A stretch of DNA of 64,000 bases from a virus (Duplodnaviria; Caudoviricetes): the IMG/VR virus record IMGVR_UViG_3300033066_000276, positions 1 through 64,000 of that record. The stretch is one strand, 5' to 3'. A model generated the notes under the pieces. That model saw only the letters and a program-made list of their open reading frames with translations, ran no database searches and had not been told where the DNA came from. The translations under genes were made by a program, and so were the position numbers. This document shows, in pieces, positions 29,058 through 37,485 of the stretch; position 1 is the first letter of the stretch, and every line of letters begins with the position of its first letter.

Positions 29058-29423
29058 CTATCTCTCAATGTTTTCCCAGAAGCGTTTCTCATCAGGATTC
29101 AACTCTTCCAGAGGGAGCCTTTCGCCCGCCGCTAGATGGGTACTGTCGCCATGGAAGTATATCTCGCCATGCTCTATGTTGTAATGGCAGATCTGTTCAC
29201 GATCCTTACCGTTACGGCGACCCTTAGAGTGTCTTAGGCTTGGAGTAAAGTGCGGTTTGTGCTGGTCGAAGTTAAACTCCCAGGTCGGCCCTCCCTCTGG
29301 CCGATCGAATGGAATGACATGGGCTTCATTGCAGCCTTGGCAATGATGGACGAAGCCACACCCCGGCAGGAAGTAGAGCTTACCGAAATAACCTCGAACG
29401 ATAGTCATCTTACCCTTCTGCAT
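29058..29423 (-). CDS. DUF6527-like small Cys/His protein
   Basis: CQGCNEAHVIP...WEFN...PHFTPSL...CHYNIEHGEIYFHGDSTH matches my recollection of this family's pattern. Confidence 0.65.
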   Translation of the reverse strand: MQKGKMTIVRGYFGKLYFLPGCGFVHHCQGCNEAHVIPFDRPEGGPTWEFNFDQHKPHFTPSLRHSKGRRNGKDREQICHYNIEHGEIYFHGDSTHLAAGERLPLEELNPDEKRFWENIER

Positions 29424-31416
29424 TCTTACCCATCAGCCACTTTGGAATCTTCAAACCTTGGTTGGTGAACCACTCTCTCATCCAACCTTTGTCAATGTAA
29501 GACTTGACGCTGGTAGACCAAATTGGTTCACCTGTTGCTTTCTTGTGACCCAACGTGACCGCTACCGGCTCAGCCACTTCCTTCTTAAACCACGCCTCTA
29601 CCGCTCGTTGTTTGTCAGCAAGCGACATACCTTTGGCTAGACGAGGTTTCTTTCCTTGCCCGTCGAGGATTTCCTGAGCCGTCATTGTGCCGCGAACGTG
29701 ACGAATCTTGTGAGCAGTTGACGGAAAGCCAATGTGCTTGAGATACTCGTTAGCAGCTTTCTCAGTAACCCTCTTCTGACCGATGCCGTAGGTCCACAGA
29801 AAGTCGGCTTTGCTCTTGCCAGTAATCAGTTTCTGTAACAGCTTGCCAGCCTTCTTTTGCACCGGAGTCTTGAACTTGGTAATGTGGTTTTGACCAATGT
29901 CCGACTTGCCACTGTACTTTAGAGCAATGCTGCTAACACCAGCATCAGTGCTATTGAGACGTACGTTATTGATGACCAGTGAGGACATACCGTCGTTCTT
30001 GTTCTTCAGTGAGCCAATACGTGCGGCGGTGTCCCATGTCATCCATACCAACAAGACAGTAACATCGTTCTTGTCAAGAACCTTCTTGTTGTCATCGATC
30101 TTACGAATATCGGCTTGCAGTCGTGCCACGATCTTTGGTGCAGCGGCAATACATTCACGGATTGTTTCATCCTTACCACTTTCACGGCGTTGGGTGTGTC
30201 CCTGCGTGTAGTAAGAATTGACCCCACCTGACTTGAGAGGTTTCAGATCAGTGATTGGAATGTCGTCATAGTCACCATCGTTGTCAAACACGACACGGAC
30301 ATTCTTGCCGTCAATCTTCTCAACGGTGACCTTATTCAAGCGGCCATCCCATTTGATGACTGCTCTATCACCAACTTTCCAAGCGGTTTTCGTTTCGTTA
30401 GACTTGTCATCTACCGCTTTGATGTAATAGGTGCTGCTGCCTTGTGTGTATTCCGGGTTCATAGTAACCGGACGTCCAGGCAACGGCCAGCCTTCCACTG
30501 CTTCACCGTAAGGTGTGAACAGAGACAAAGCGCCTTCCTTGGTCAGACCAATATTGCCAGTGTAGCCGGTCGGTACTCGGCTCCAAGGAATACCAGCCTT
30601 CTTCATCTGGGCTTCAAATTCGACCGCAGGGACATGCTGTTTGCCGCTTGAACGCAACATGCTCTTGGCTTGCGTATTCCATAGCTTAACAGCTTCACTA
30701 GCCGAACGCTTGTAGATAGCGAGCGCACCCGCCTTCTTTGGGTCTGCTGCCAGCCTTACTTCTTCCGAGTAAGTCAGCAGATAGCCCTTACGATTGACCA
30801 GCTTGAGCACACCTGCTTGGAGTTCTTCTCCCAGCTTCGTGGTCTGTGACCGATCGTGTTGCTTGACGAACTTCTTCTTGACGTTGATGTCCTTGACCAC
30901 GTTGCTGAAATTGACAACGTTGTTCCAAGCCGAAGCACTATCGTGGTTACGAAGATAAGAGCCAACGTGTTTGAAGCTGACAATCAGAGAGTAATCGTTA
31001 GCTTGAGCCGCATTGTCCAACTGCTTGGTGAACGTCAACAGTTCGTTACCAACCTGTACCGCCTTCTCCTTTACCTCTGGAACATAACCGCCACTTTTGA
31101 CCAGGGTGTCAGCAATCTCAGTCAGCTCTCGATAGCCCAAGCACATACCGGTTGTGATTTGCAGAGAACGAATGGTGCTTGACCACTTCTTCAATGCCTC
31201 AGCGTCTTGTGGCGTGCATGTACGGCTGTGAACGATATGTGCCAGCAGATAATAGGCATCTACCACCAAGGCAACTCGATCACCTTGGTATTCCATGTCC
31301 GGAACGTTTGAGGCTTTCTTCTTGCGTCGGGCTGCCACTTCGGTTACTAGACCGGAAGCGACGAACGCCAGCACTTCTGCGTTGTTTAGGTGTTCTGGGT
31401 TCACGTAGAGTCGCAT
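29410..31416 (-). CDS. DNA topoisomerase IB-like protein with an inserted Tudor/SH3-like domain
   Basis: AARIGS (Arg), YSGKS (Lys), AHKIRH (Arg), TLGH (His), KSYID (catalytic Tyr) in TopIB/tyrosine-recombinase order; WKVGDRAVIKWDG...VRVVFD insert. Confidence 0.78.
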   Translation of the reverse strand: MRLYVNPEHLNNAEVLAFVASGLVTEVAARRKKKASNVPDMEYQGDRVALVVDAYYLLAHIVHSRTCTPQDAEALKKWSSTIRSLQITTGMCLGYRELTEIADTLVKSGGYVPEVKEKAVQVGNELLTFTKQLDNAAQANDYSLIVSFKHVGSYLRNHDSASAWNNVVNFSNVVKDINVKKKFVKQHDRSQTTKLGEELQAGVLKLVNRKGYLLTYSEEVRLAADPKKAGALAIYKRSASEAVKLWNTQAKSMLRSSGKQHVPAVEFEAQMKKAGIPWSRVPTGYTGNIGLTKEGALSLFTPYGEAVEGWPLPGRPVTMNPEYTQGSSTYYIKAVDDKSNETKTAWKVGDRAVIKWDGRLNKVTVEKIDGKNVRVVFDNDGDYDDIPITDLKPLKSGGVNSYYTQGHTQRRESGKDETIRECIAAAPKIVARLQADIRKIDDNKKVLDKNDVTVLLVWMTWDTAARIGSLKNKNDGMSSLVINNVRLNSTDAGVSSIALKYSGKSDIGQNHITKFKTPVQKKAGKLLQKLITGKSKADFLWTYGIGQKRVTEKAANEYLKHIGFPSTAHKIRHVRGTMTAQEILDGQGKKPRLAKGMSLADKQRAVEAWFKKEVAEPVAVTLGHKKATGEPIWSTSVKSYIDKGWMREWFTNQGLKIPKWLMGKNAEG

Positions 31417-31479
31417 TTGGCCTTACCGTGGCTAAGCTAGGGGTGTCGAAATAGGATGTGTTTTGAGGGCTCAATCAGG

Positions 31480-31605
31480 CTATTTGGAGCCTGTATCGTC
31501 CTTATTAGAGTCATTTCTACGGCTGTAGTTGAAGTAGATGCTGTAGGCTGCCAGAACTAGAAACAGCACGATAACGACGATTCCGCCAACATTCTCAATA
31601 GGCAT
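31480..31605 (-). CDS. Small membrane protein (41 aa), not in the ORF track
   Basis: GGAG RBS then MPIENVGGIVVIVLFLVLAAYSIYFNYSRRNDSNKDDTGSK*; one hydrophobic helix. Confidence 0.65.
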   Translation of the reverse strand: MPIENVGGIVVIVLFLVLAAYSIYFNYSRRNDSNKDDTGSK

Positions 31606-31609
31606 GTCC

Positions 31610-31963
31610 CTACTCCAGTCTTATGCCGTGGTCTGATTGACCACATTGCGAACACTTACCCTTCCGGCCCACTGAGTCGCAAGTATGTACCTTGACAAAC
31701 TTCTTCTTGGCCGTACAGTTGGGGCAAGGAACATAGTTTAGGCCACCTCTATTATTCAACGGGTGGCCTTTGGCTTTTGCCTCTGCAACGGTATGGCTTA
31801 TCCATTCCTGTTGCGAGCGAGCCGACTTCTTCTGGAACGTCTGAATCCACCAGTTCGTGCAACAGGTTGGAATACCATTGACCCGACCTAGCTTCCGATG
31901 ATGGTCTTCAGGCTTACCACCAAAAATAGCTACTTCGTTGGACCGAGTGAACTTGATCTGCAT
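31610..31963 (-). CDS. Hypothetical Zn-finger protein
   Basis: GGAGG RBS, start MQIKFTRSNEVA; CPNC and CSQC motifs. Confidence 0.7.
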   Translation of the reverse strand: MQIKFTRSNEVAIFGGKPEDHHRKLGRVNGIPTCCTNWWIQTFQKKSARSQQEWISHTVAEAKAKGHPLNNRGGLNYVPCPNCTAKKKFVKVHTCDSVGRKGKCSQCGQSDHGIRLE

Positions 31964-31964
31964 G

Positions 31965-33809
31965 TCACTTGGCCTCCATCCTTTCAAAGCCTAGTTTCTG
32001 CATGTGATCGTGCAGTTCCTGTGGGCCGTGTACTACTCTGGTGTAGTGGGTCTTTGTTTCACCGGCTACGGATTTTTTTCCGCCCTTCGTTATGAACGCC
32101 ACACCTTCTGGTCCACTTACTTTATTTCTCATATACTTCTTCTTAGGCATCCCCCACTTGACAGTTACATCAGGAGCAGCAGTTTCTTTTGATAGAGCCT
32201 CACCGACCGGCTCATCCTTAGGCATAATGACTTTGAGTTTCTTGTCCCATACCTCTTTGCACTTGTTCAAGAACTTGCGCCACGGCTTCGTCTCTACCAG
32301 TGACAGGTTCTTGATCTTGCGCTGGTGAGCGCGGTCGAGAATGTCTTGCAGAATACCAGTGTCCCGCACCGCCTTGTAGGCTACGTTCTGCACTTTCCAT
32401 TCAGCTCCAGGGCTGCCATCGAGTGAAGAATTACGCAGGCCAACAATTTGACCACGGACCTTCATCATCTTGTCAATGTCACCAGACTTGATGGCATCAT
32501 TGAGTTGCTTCATCCAAGCGTTCTTGAGTGCCGTGGCAGCCTTTTTGTTGACCGTCGGTTTGACCCACTTGGGCTTCTTGATCCATTCGTTCTTGGTCAA
32601 CGAGTATTGACCATCAGACGTATGCACCTGATCGAGTGGATCGATCGACAATTCAACCGGCAAGCCCATCACCCGCACGTCTTTGTAGCGTTGTTTCCAG
32701 GCAATCTGTTTAGCCTGAATAATCATACGGTCGGCTGGATTCTTTAACGTGCTGATGATATGCACGTCGATGTCTGAGCCCTTGTGATAGTTGAAGTTGG
32801 CGTTGGAGCCCTTGAACAGAACCTCGTGCTCTTCCATCTTGATGTTCATGAACTGCTTGTAGGTGTTCACGATCTGAGACAGCTTGGCACGCACTTCCGG
32901 TTTCAGATAGGCATCCTTGCCGAACAGCTTAGGGTTCAGCTTATCGTGGTAGACGTAAGCCGTTTCAACTGACGCCGTGACTACAGCCTGCTTCGGCTTA
33001 ATCAGCATCTGCGGGTCAACTAGCTCTTCCGGCTTGATGTAACGCTTAGCACCCTTTTTGCTCAGGGTCAGCTCTTGGTTACGCAGGCTATTCATCTTCT
33101 CGTTCATCTTGTCTAGGTAACCCATCGACCGCACCAGACGATAGGCGAGGTTGTAGGGATTAGTCTCACCCTCAACCGAACCAGGGTTAGCGTTGAGGAT
33201 GGTGCGACGAGCTTTGAGAATGTCCTGGTTGCAAGCTAGGATAGTTTGGAAATCGTTGGTCTTCAACGCCGCATTGATACGCTGACACATTGATAGAGCC
33301 AGCTTGCGAATACGCATGTCCTTCTTGTTGAAAGTAAACTTGATCGGCGGTGCGACCCACGTGTTCTTGATGAGTGAATACACACCGCCAGCGGGCTTCG
33401 GTTGTTCTTCATGCTCAACGAAGACTTCAATCGGCAAGCCAACAGCTTTAATCTTACGCAGCTTCTTCCACAGCACCGTCTTGGTGTAGATCATATCACG
33501 AATGAACATCTCACCGTGCGTGTTCAACTGAATGTGAACGTCGAGATCTGACTTGCCAGAGTAATTGTAGTTGGCGTTGCTACCCGAGATGTTAATGTCA
33601 CTGATCGGATAGGTCTGAATATCGATCTTGGCAAATGCCAAAAACCCCCTGACGACTTTCAGGAGGTGCTGACGAATGTGCGGCCGCATCTTGCGGTTCT
33701 CATCCCAAATCTGTGGGTTCAAATCCTTGTGTTGCTTGAGGCCGTGCGTGGTAGGTGGCAGGCCGACCTTTTCCAACAGGGCTTGATCGCGGTAGAAGTT
33801 GTAACGCAT
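31965..33809 (-). CDS. Tandem two-domain Pol-beta-superfamily nucleotidyltransferase
   Basis: Two copies of GSNAN(Y/F)NY...SD(L/I)DVH with downstream (V/L)E(V/L) and helical lobes; 614 aa. Confidence 0.85.
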   Translation of the reverse strand: MRYNFYRDQALLEKVGLPPTTHGLKQHKDLNPQIWDENRKMRPHIRQHLLKVVRGFLAFAKIDIQTYPISDINISGSNANYNYSGKSDLDVHIQLNTHGEMFIRDMIYTKTVLWKKLRKIKAVGLPIEVFVEHEEQPKPAGGVYSLIKNTWVAPPIKFTFNKKDMRIRKLALSMCQRINAALKTNDFQTILACNQDILKARRTILNANPGSVEGETNPYNLAYRLVRSMGYLDKMNEKMNSLRNQELTLSKKGAKRYIKPEELVDPQMLIKPKQAVVTASVETAYVYHDKLNPKLFGKDAYLKPEVRAKLSQIVNTYKQFMNIKMEEHEVLFKGSNANFNYHKGSDIDVHIISTLKNPADRMIIQAKQIAWKQRYKDVRVMGLPVELSIDPLDQVHTSDGQYSLTKNEWIKKPKWVKPTVNKKAATALKNAWMKQLNDAIKSGDIDKMMKVRGQIVGLRNSSLDGSPGAEWKVQNVAYKAVRDTGILQDILDRAHQRKIKNLSLVETKPWRKFLNKCKEVWDKKLKVIMPKDEPVGEALSKETAAPDVTVKWGMPKKKYMRNKVSGPEGVAFITKGGKKSVAGETKTHYTRVVHGPQELHDHMQKLGFERMEAK

Positions 33810-33811
33810 GA

Positions 33812-34450
33812 TTATTTCTCAACCCCAATTTGGAATACTTGTTTAGCGAATGGGTCAACGATGACTAGCTTATCCTGTGTGTTCATCATCAGGTTGCCTG
33901 GGTTCAGATCGAAACGAAACAGCGGTGTCGCTAGCTTCTGTAGGCCCAAGACGGTTCTAGTGAGTGATTCTAGTTGTTTGGTCTTGCGCAAGTAAGCGCG
34001 AAATTCTCTGGCTCGACCGAGGATATCTGGGTTGTAGTTGTCTGGCATCGTCTTTGACAAAGCCAACCCAATGATCGCGTTACCCCAACCAAGATTACCC
34101 GCAGCCAATAGCTTTCTAAGGTTTGGTGGCAGAGGCTTAAGCCGTTGTAGTCTAACTGCGTACATGCGCTTGCCGACACGCACCGTCTTACCAATGATGT
34201 TTGGTAGGTGCTTATTTGTCTTAGCCTTGCGGCAATGAGCTAGGAAGACACTGTAACCGTGATCGAACTTGTAGCACTTGAGAACTTGCGATGTATCACC
34301 CGGCTTAATGAAGACACGAGCCATCGCACCCGCACCAATCTTCTTGGTGAAGCCTACCTTTTTGGCGTAGTTTGCGGCCTTTATTTCAAAGGCAGGATCA
34401 ATGGTTAGTACACCGCCATAGATGTACGAGCGCTCGAAGTAGTAGCGCAT
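33812..34450 (-). CDS. Protein-kinase-like (ePK/APH fold) protein
   Basis: KIGAGAMARVF Gly-loop, VLK, DLNPGNLM catalytic loop, IVDP metal-binding motif. Confidence 0.8.
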   Translation of the reverse strand: MRYYFERSYIYGGVLTIDPAFEIKAANYAKKVGFTKKIGAGAMARVFIKPGDTSQVLKCYKFDHGYSVFLAHCRKAKTNKHLPNIIGKTVRVGKRMYAVRLQRLKPLPPNLRKLLAAGNLGWGNAIIGLALSKTMPDNYNPDILGRAREFRAYLRKTKQLESLTRTVLGLQKLATPLFRFDLNPGNLMMNTQDKLVIVDPFAKQVFQIGVEK

Positions 34451-34451
34451 C

Positions 34452-34838
34452 TTATTTCACAACGATGATCTTATATCGAACAACCGGGTTGGTTACCACG
34501 AACGGATTATTGATTGAGAAATCACCTATTGCTCCAGCATACAAGAACATGCGTTCAAGCGGAACATGGTAGAAGTCCTCCCAAGCGTTACCGTTTTTGA
34601 TCTTGACACTAAAGTCAACTGGATGATCTACAACGATGTATAGACCCATTGGAGGAGTGCTGAGGTTAAACTCCATACCAAAGTTGGGTGGATCACCATC
34701 GTCAGTTGTTAGTTCGCCTTCGATAACCTGGACACCGTCACCTTGCATGGTGATCTTGTTACGAGCGATGTCTTCTTTTTGGTCACCATCGTAGCGACGA
34801 ATTGAGATGTCGAACGACACAGAAGTCTCAGCGGTCAT
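34452..34838 (-). CDS. Hypothetical beta-rich protein (paralog of 22127..22477)
   Basis: LYIVVDHP...MFLYAGAIG...NPV. Confidence 0.65.
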   Translation of the reverse strand: MTAETSVSFDISIRRYDGDQKEDIARNKITMQGDGVQVIEGELTTDDGDPPNFGMEFNLSTPPMGLYIVVDHPVDFSVKIKNGNAWEDFYHVPLERMFLYAGAIGDFSINNPFVVTNPVVRYKIIVVK

Positions 34839-34933
34839 TTCTTCCTCGCTAGCGCCTTGCGCTTACGTCGCCAGTAGCGGTTATCTACGTAGTCTTCCCA
34901 CTTGGCAATTTTCCACCACTCAAGTACAGCCAT
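34835..34933 (-). CDS. Small Trp/Arg/Lys-rich peptide (32 aa), not in the ORF track
   Basis: MAVLEWWKIAKWEDYVDNRYWRRKRKALARKK*; TAATG overlap upstream and ATGA overlap downstream exactly fill the gap. Confidence 0.7.
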   Translation of the reverse strand: MAVLEWWKIAKWEDYVDNRYWRRKRKALARKK

Positions 34934-35172
34934 TACGCATCCTTTTTATCGACGTGAATACCTAGACCTTCAAGTTGCTTATGAGCATCTGGGTGTCCAG
35001 TTACAACCACGTTGTAATGCTTGCCGCTACGATCTCCACGCACACCAACAAAATCTGTGACGTGACCTTTGTGTTGCAAGTCAACAAGATTCTCACGGAA
35101 TTTGCTGACGCCGCCTTTGGGGATTCGATATGCCGTAGTCTTGGCAACCTCCCGACGCATTTGATAACGCAC
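34933..35172 (-). CDS. Small basic protein with MRY tag (putative internal head protein)
   Basis: MRYQMRREVAK start; coupled overlaps. Confidence 0.7.
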   Translation of the reverse strand: MRYQMRREVAKTTAYRIPKGGVSKFRENLVDLQHKGHVTDFVGVRGDRSGKHYNVVVTGHPDAHKQLEGLGIHVDKKDA

Positions 35173-35417
35173 TAAACCAATCCTTCTGAGATTAAGTCAA
35201 CGGTGAATCCTGAGCGATAGAAACCAGCTTCGCGTAAGGACTTACTCGGTTCCAGTTCTTTCTTACCATGATATAAGACGAGACGATCCCGGTCAGAGAT
35301 CAATCGCCTTTGGGCAGCTTCTTTTATCACGTCTGCTACCTTGGCCGAAGCCAAGGCGCTCATTGGTACTACACCCATTTGGGTCCGAACTTGGAACCGA
35401 TACTCATCCATTGCCAA
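35172..35417 (-). CDS. Putative ubiquitin-like (beta-grasp) protein
   Basis: FQVRTQMG...AKVADV...LVLYHGKKELEPSKSLREAGF...TVDLI aligns by eye with the ubiquitin/YukD hydrophobic pattern. Confidence 0.6.
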   Translation of the reverse strand: MAMDEYRFQVRTQMGVVPMSALASAKVADVIKEAAQRRLISDRDRLVLYHGKKELEPSKSLREAGFYRSGFTVDLISEGLV

Positions 35418-35432
35418 TCCCCTTGGCTAGAT

Positions 35433-36029
35433 TTACCGTTGTAGCATTGAGAAGTAGTCTGGGTTGCGATGACTTGGATTGCCCCTTGGCCTGGGTACTT
35501 TTGAAAAATCCAAACCAAGCTCTTTTACGATAGAGATATTTGACCTACCTAGAGCTACGTCATTCACCGCCGCCGCGCTACACCCTAATTTTTCCGCTAT
35601 CACACGGCAAGGTGTTTCCGCTTTCAAGGCTTTGTAGATGAATTTGATTGCCTTCTTGTTAGCGATCTTACTCATCGACCTGTTTTGCACTTGTTTTACG
35701 GCATCTACCATTCTGATGTTGGAAGGATTGTTGTTCGTGACAACCCTATCCCTGTGGTCAAGTTCCATCTTGTTAGCTTTGAGATACTCCCTAAACTCCC
35801 AAGATTTTGTGGCTAGGGCGTAAGCAACGTAATGCTCACGAACGTCTAACCTCTGTCCGCTTCCATACAATGAGTAGCGTGGATAACCACACTCGTCAAA
35901 GTTATCAGCGAGTACCCTTCGCGGACCGGTTACCCTTAACCTACCATTGGATAGCAACTTCGCTGTGTATCCGTCAAATGGTTCAGGAAGGCGATAAGTC
36001 TTTCCTACCTTGAGCTTTCGCTTCTTCAT
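35433..36029 (-). CDS. HNH homing endonuclease
   Basis: ELDHRDRVVTNNNPSNIRMV HNH motif and C-terminal HTH. Confidence 0.88.
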   Translation of the reverse strand: MKKRKLKVGKTYRLPEPFDGYTAKLLSNGRLRVTGPRRVLADNFDECGYPRYSLYGSGQRLDVREHYVAYALATKSWEFREYLKANKMELDHRDRVVTNNNPSNIRMVDAVKQVQNRSMSKIANKKAIKFIYKALKAETPCRVIAEKLGCSAAAVNDVALGRSNISIVKELGLDFSKVPRPRGNPSHRNPDYFSMLQR

Positions 36030-36811
36030 TTGTTCAACATGCTGAAATAAGAGGGGTTGTCAGCCGTCACGTAAGCCGGGGTGGCGACGCTAGATGTTTC
36101 AAAGCCGATTGGATCGATGGCTCTGTAATAGGCCAGATCGGAGCCGTTGTAGAGGCGATACTGCGGACGTTGCTTATCAACGTGATCGCAACCACCAGAC
36201 TTCAATGACTTGGCGCAGATCGAGCACTCGTAATCCTTCACATACGCGCCCATCGAATAGGCGGTACGCTTGCGGGTTAGAATGTCATTGACCAGCATTG
36301 CGTCCTTGCTGCGATCAAACGCCAGCAACGAAACAACCTTCCACACTGAGCCTTCGTAACCAGTCATTGGACGAATAGCGGTATCGAGGATAACGCCTTT
36401 TGCTTCAACCGGGTTTTGGTTCTGGTGCTCAACGTGCGTGGGTTTGCCGACCCAGGACTTATACATCAAGCAGCCGGTGTCTGGGCTAAATCGCGTCAGT
36501 TCTCTGAACGGGAAGCCAACGCCGTTACGATTTGGCAGTTCCGACGGCATAATCATCACCGGGATGACAACATAGTCAGCTAACGATTTCGAGATGCGGT
36601 ACGGCTCAGACGCAAACGGTAACCAGCCACGAACCTTCTTGGTCAGGTCCATGAAGCCTTCGGTGTCCGTCAGCGCATCAACGCCAGCGATAGACGTGAT
36701 AGAACGCTTTGCATCTTCCTCGTCACCCTTCATAACCTTGTGAAGCTCAAAGGGGGTAGATGTAACGCTCAAGTCGTGGAACGACATCTCAAGAAATTCA
36801 CGATCTTCCAT
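36026..36811 (-). CDS. Putative prohead (capsid maturation) protease
   Basis: NRNGVGF...KPTHVEH...GVILD...YSMGAYVKDYECSIC...CDH: His/Ser arrangement of HK97/herpes-type phage maturation proteases. Confidence 0.72.
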   Translation of the reverse strand: MEDREFLEMSFHDLSVTSTPFELHKVMKGDEEDAKRSITSIAGVDALTDTEGFMDLTKKVRGWLPFASEPYRISKSLADYVVIPVMIMPSELPNRNGVGFPFRELTRFSPDTGCLMYKSWVGKPTHVEHQNQNPVEAKGVILDTAIRPMTGYEGSVWKVVSLLAFDRSKDAMLVNDILTRKRTAYSMGAYVKDYECSICAKSLKSGGCDHVDKQRPQYRLYNGSDLAYYRAIDPIGFETSSVATPAYVTADNPSYFSMLNK

Positions 36812-37485
36812 TACTTCTTTCCCTTCCGTGCCTTACGAGCACGCGCCAACTTGTTGTAACCATTGCGCTGGATTGAACGTTCAATGCGTTTGTTCTCGGG
36901 CGTCATCAGCGCCCAACCTTTATTGAAGCCGATCTGTTCGAGCACTGCCTTCTTGGTGCGAAGCTCTGGAGGTATAGTGTTGGCTATAGAGCTCAACTTG
37001 TTACGGCTGGCTTGCTTTAGCATGTCATCGATATGGTGAAACTTCGGCCTAATTAATTTTGAGCCTCTGTTCTTATCAACGTACTCTTTATGAGCCCGCT
37101 TTAGGTCGGTGTCCTCAAACCTAAATTTCTTTTCAACCCCGCCTGGACCGATTGACACAATCCCATCTGCGTTCACGCCTTCACCGTTCAAGTGACGACG
37201 AGCTACGTTCCTAACGTCGCCGAACGAAGGCTTGTTGCGAAAGCCATCCTCTTCATCCTCATTTGGAACCTTTTTGCCAGCTAGATCACGCATCGCTCGC
37301 TTGGCTTCTGTGGCTTCTTTGACTGCCTTGCGAGCCGATCGGATCTTCGCTCGGCTCATACGCAATACCGCTTTTGACGCGCCGGAGTCTTTCAGTTGGG
37401 TGTGCAGGCGTTCGGCATCATGGATAGGGCCAACACTGTCCTCTTCGTCCTCACATTTGCTCGACCGATTGAAGTAGATTCTCAC
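36811..37485 (-). CDS. Basic hypothetical protein with MRIYFNR tag
   Basis: GGAGG RBS then GTG at 37485 (GTGA overlap); Lys/Arg-rich. Confidence 0.7.
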   Translation of the reverse strand: MRIYFNRSSKCEDEEDSVGPIHDAERLHTQLKDSGASKAVLRMSRAKIRSARKAVKEATEAKRAMRDLAGKKVPNEDEEDGFRNKPSFGDVRNVARRHLNGEGVNADGIVSIGPGGVEKKFRFEDTDLKRAHKEYVDKNRGSKLIRPKFHHIDDMLKQASRNKLSSIANTIPPELRTKKAVLEQIGFNKGWALMTPENKRIERSIQRNGYNKLARARKARKGKK

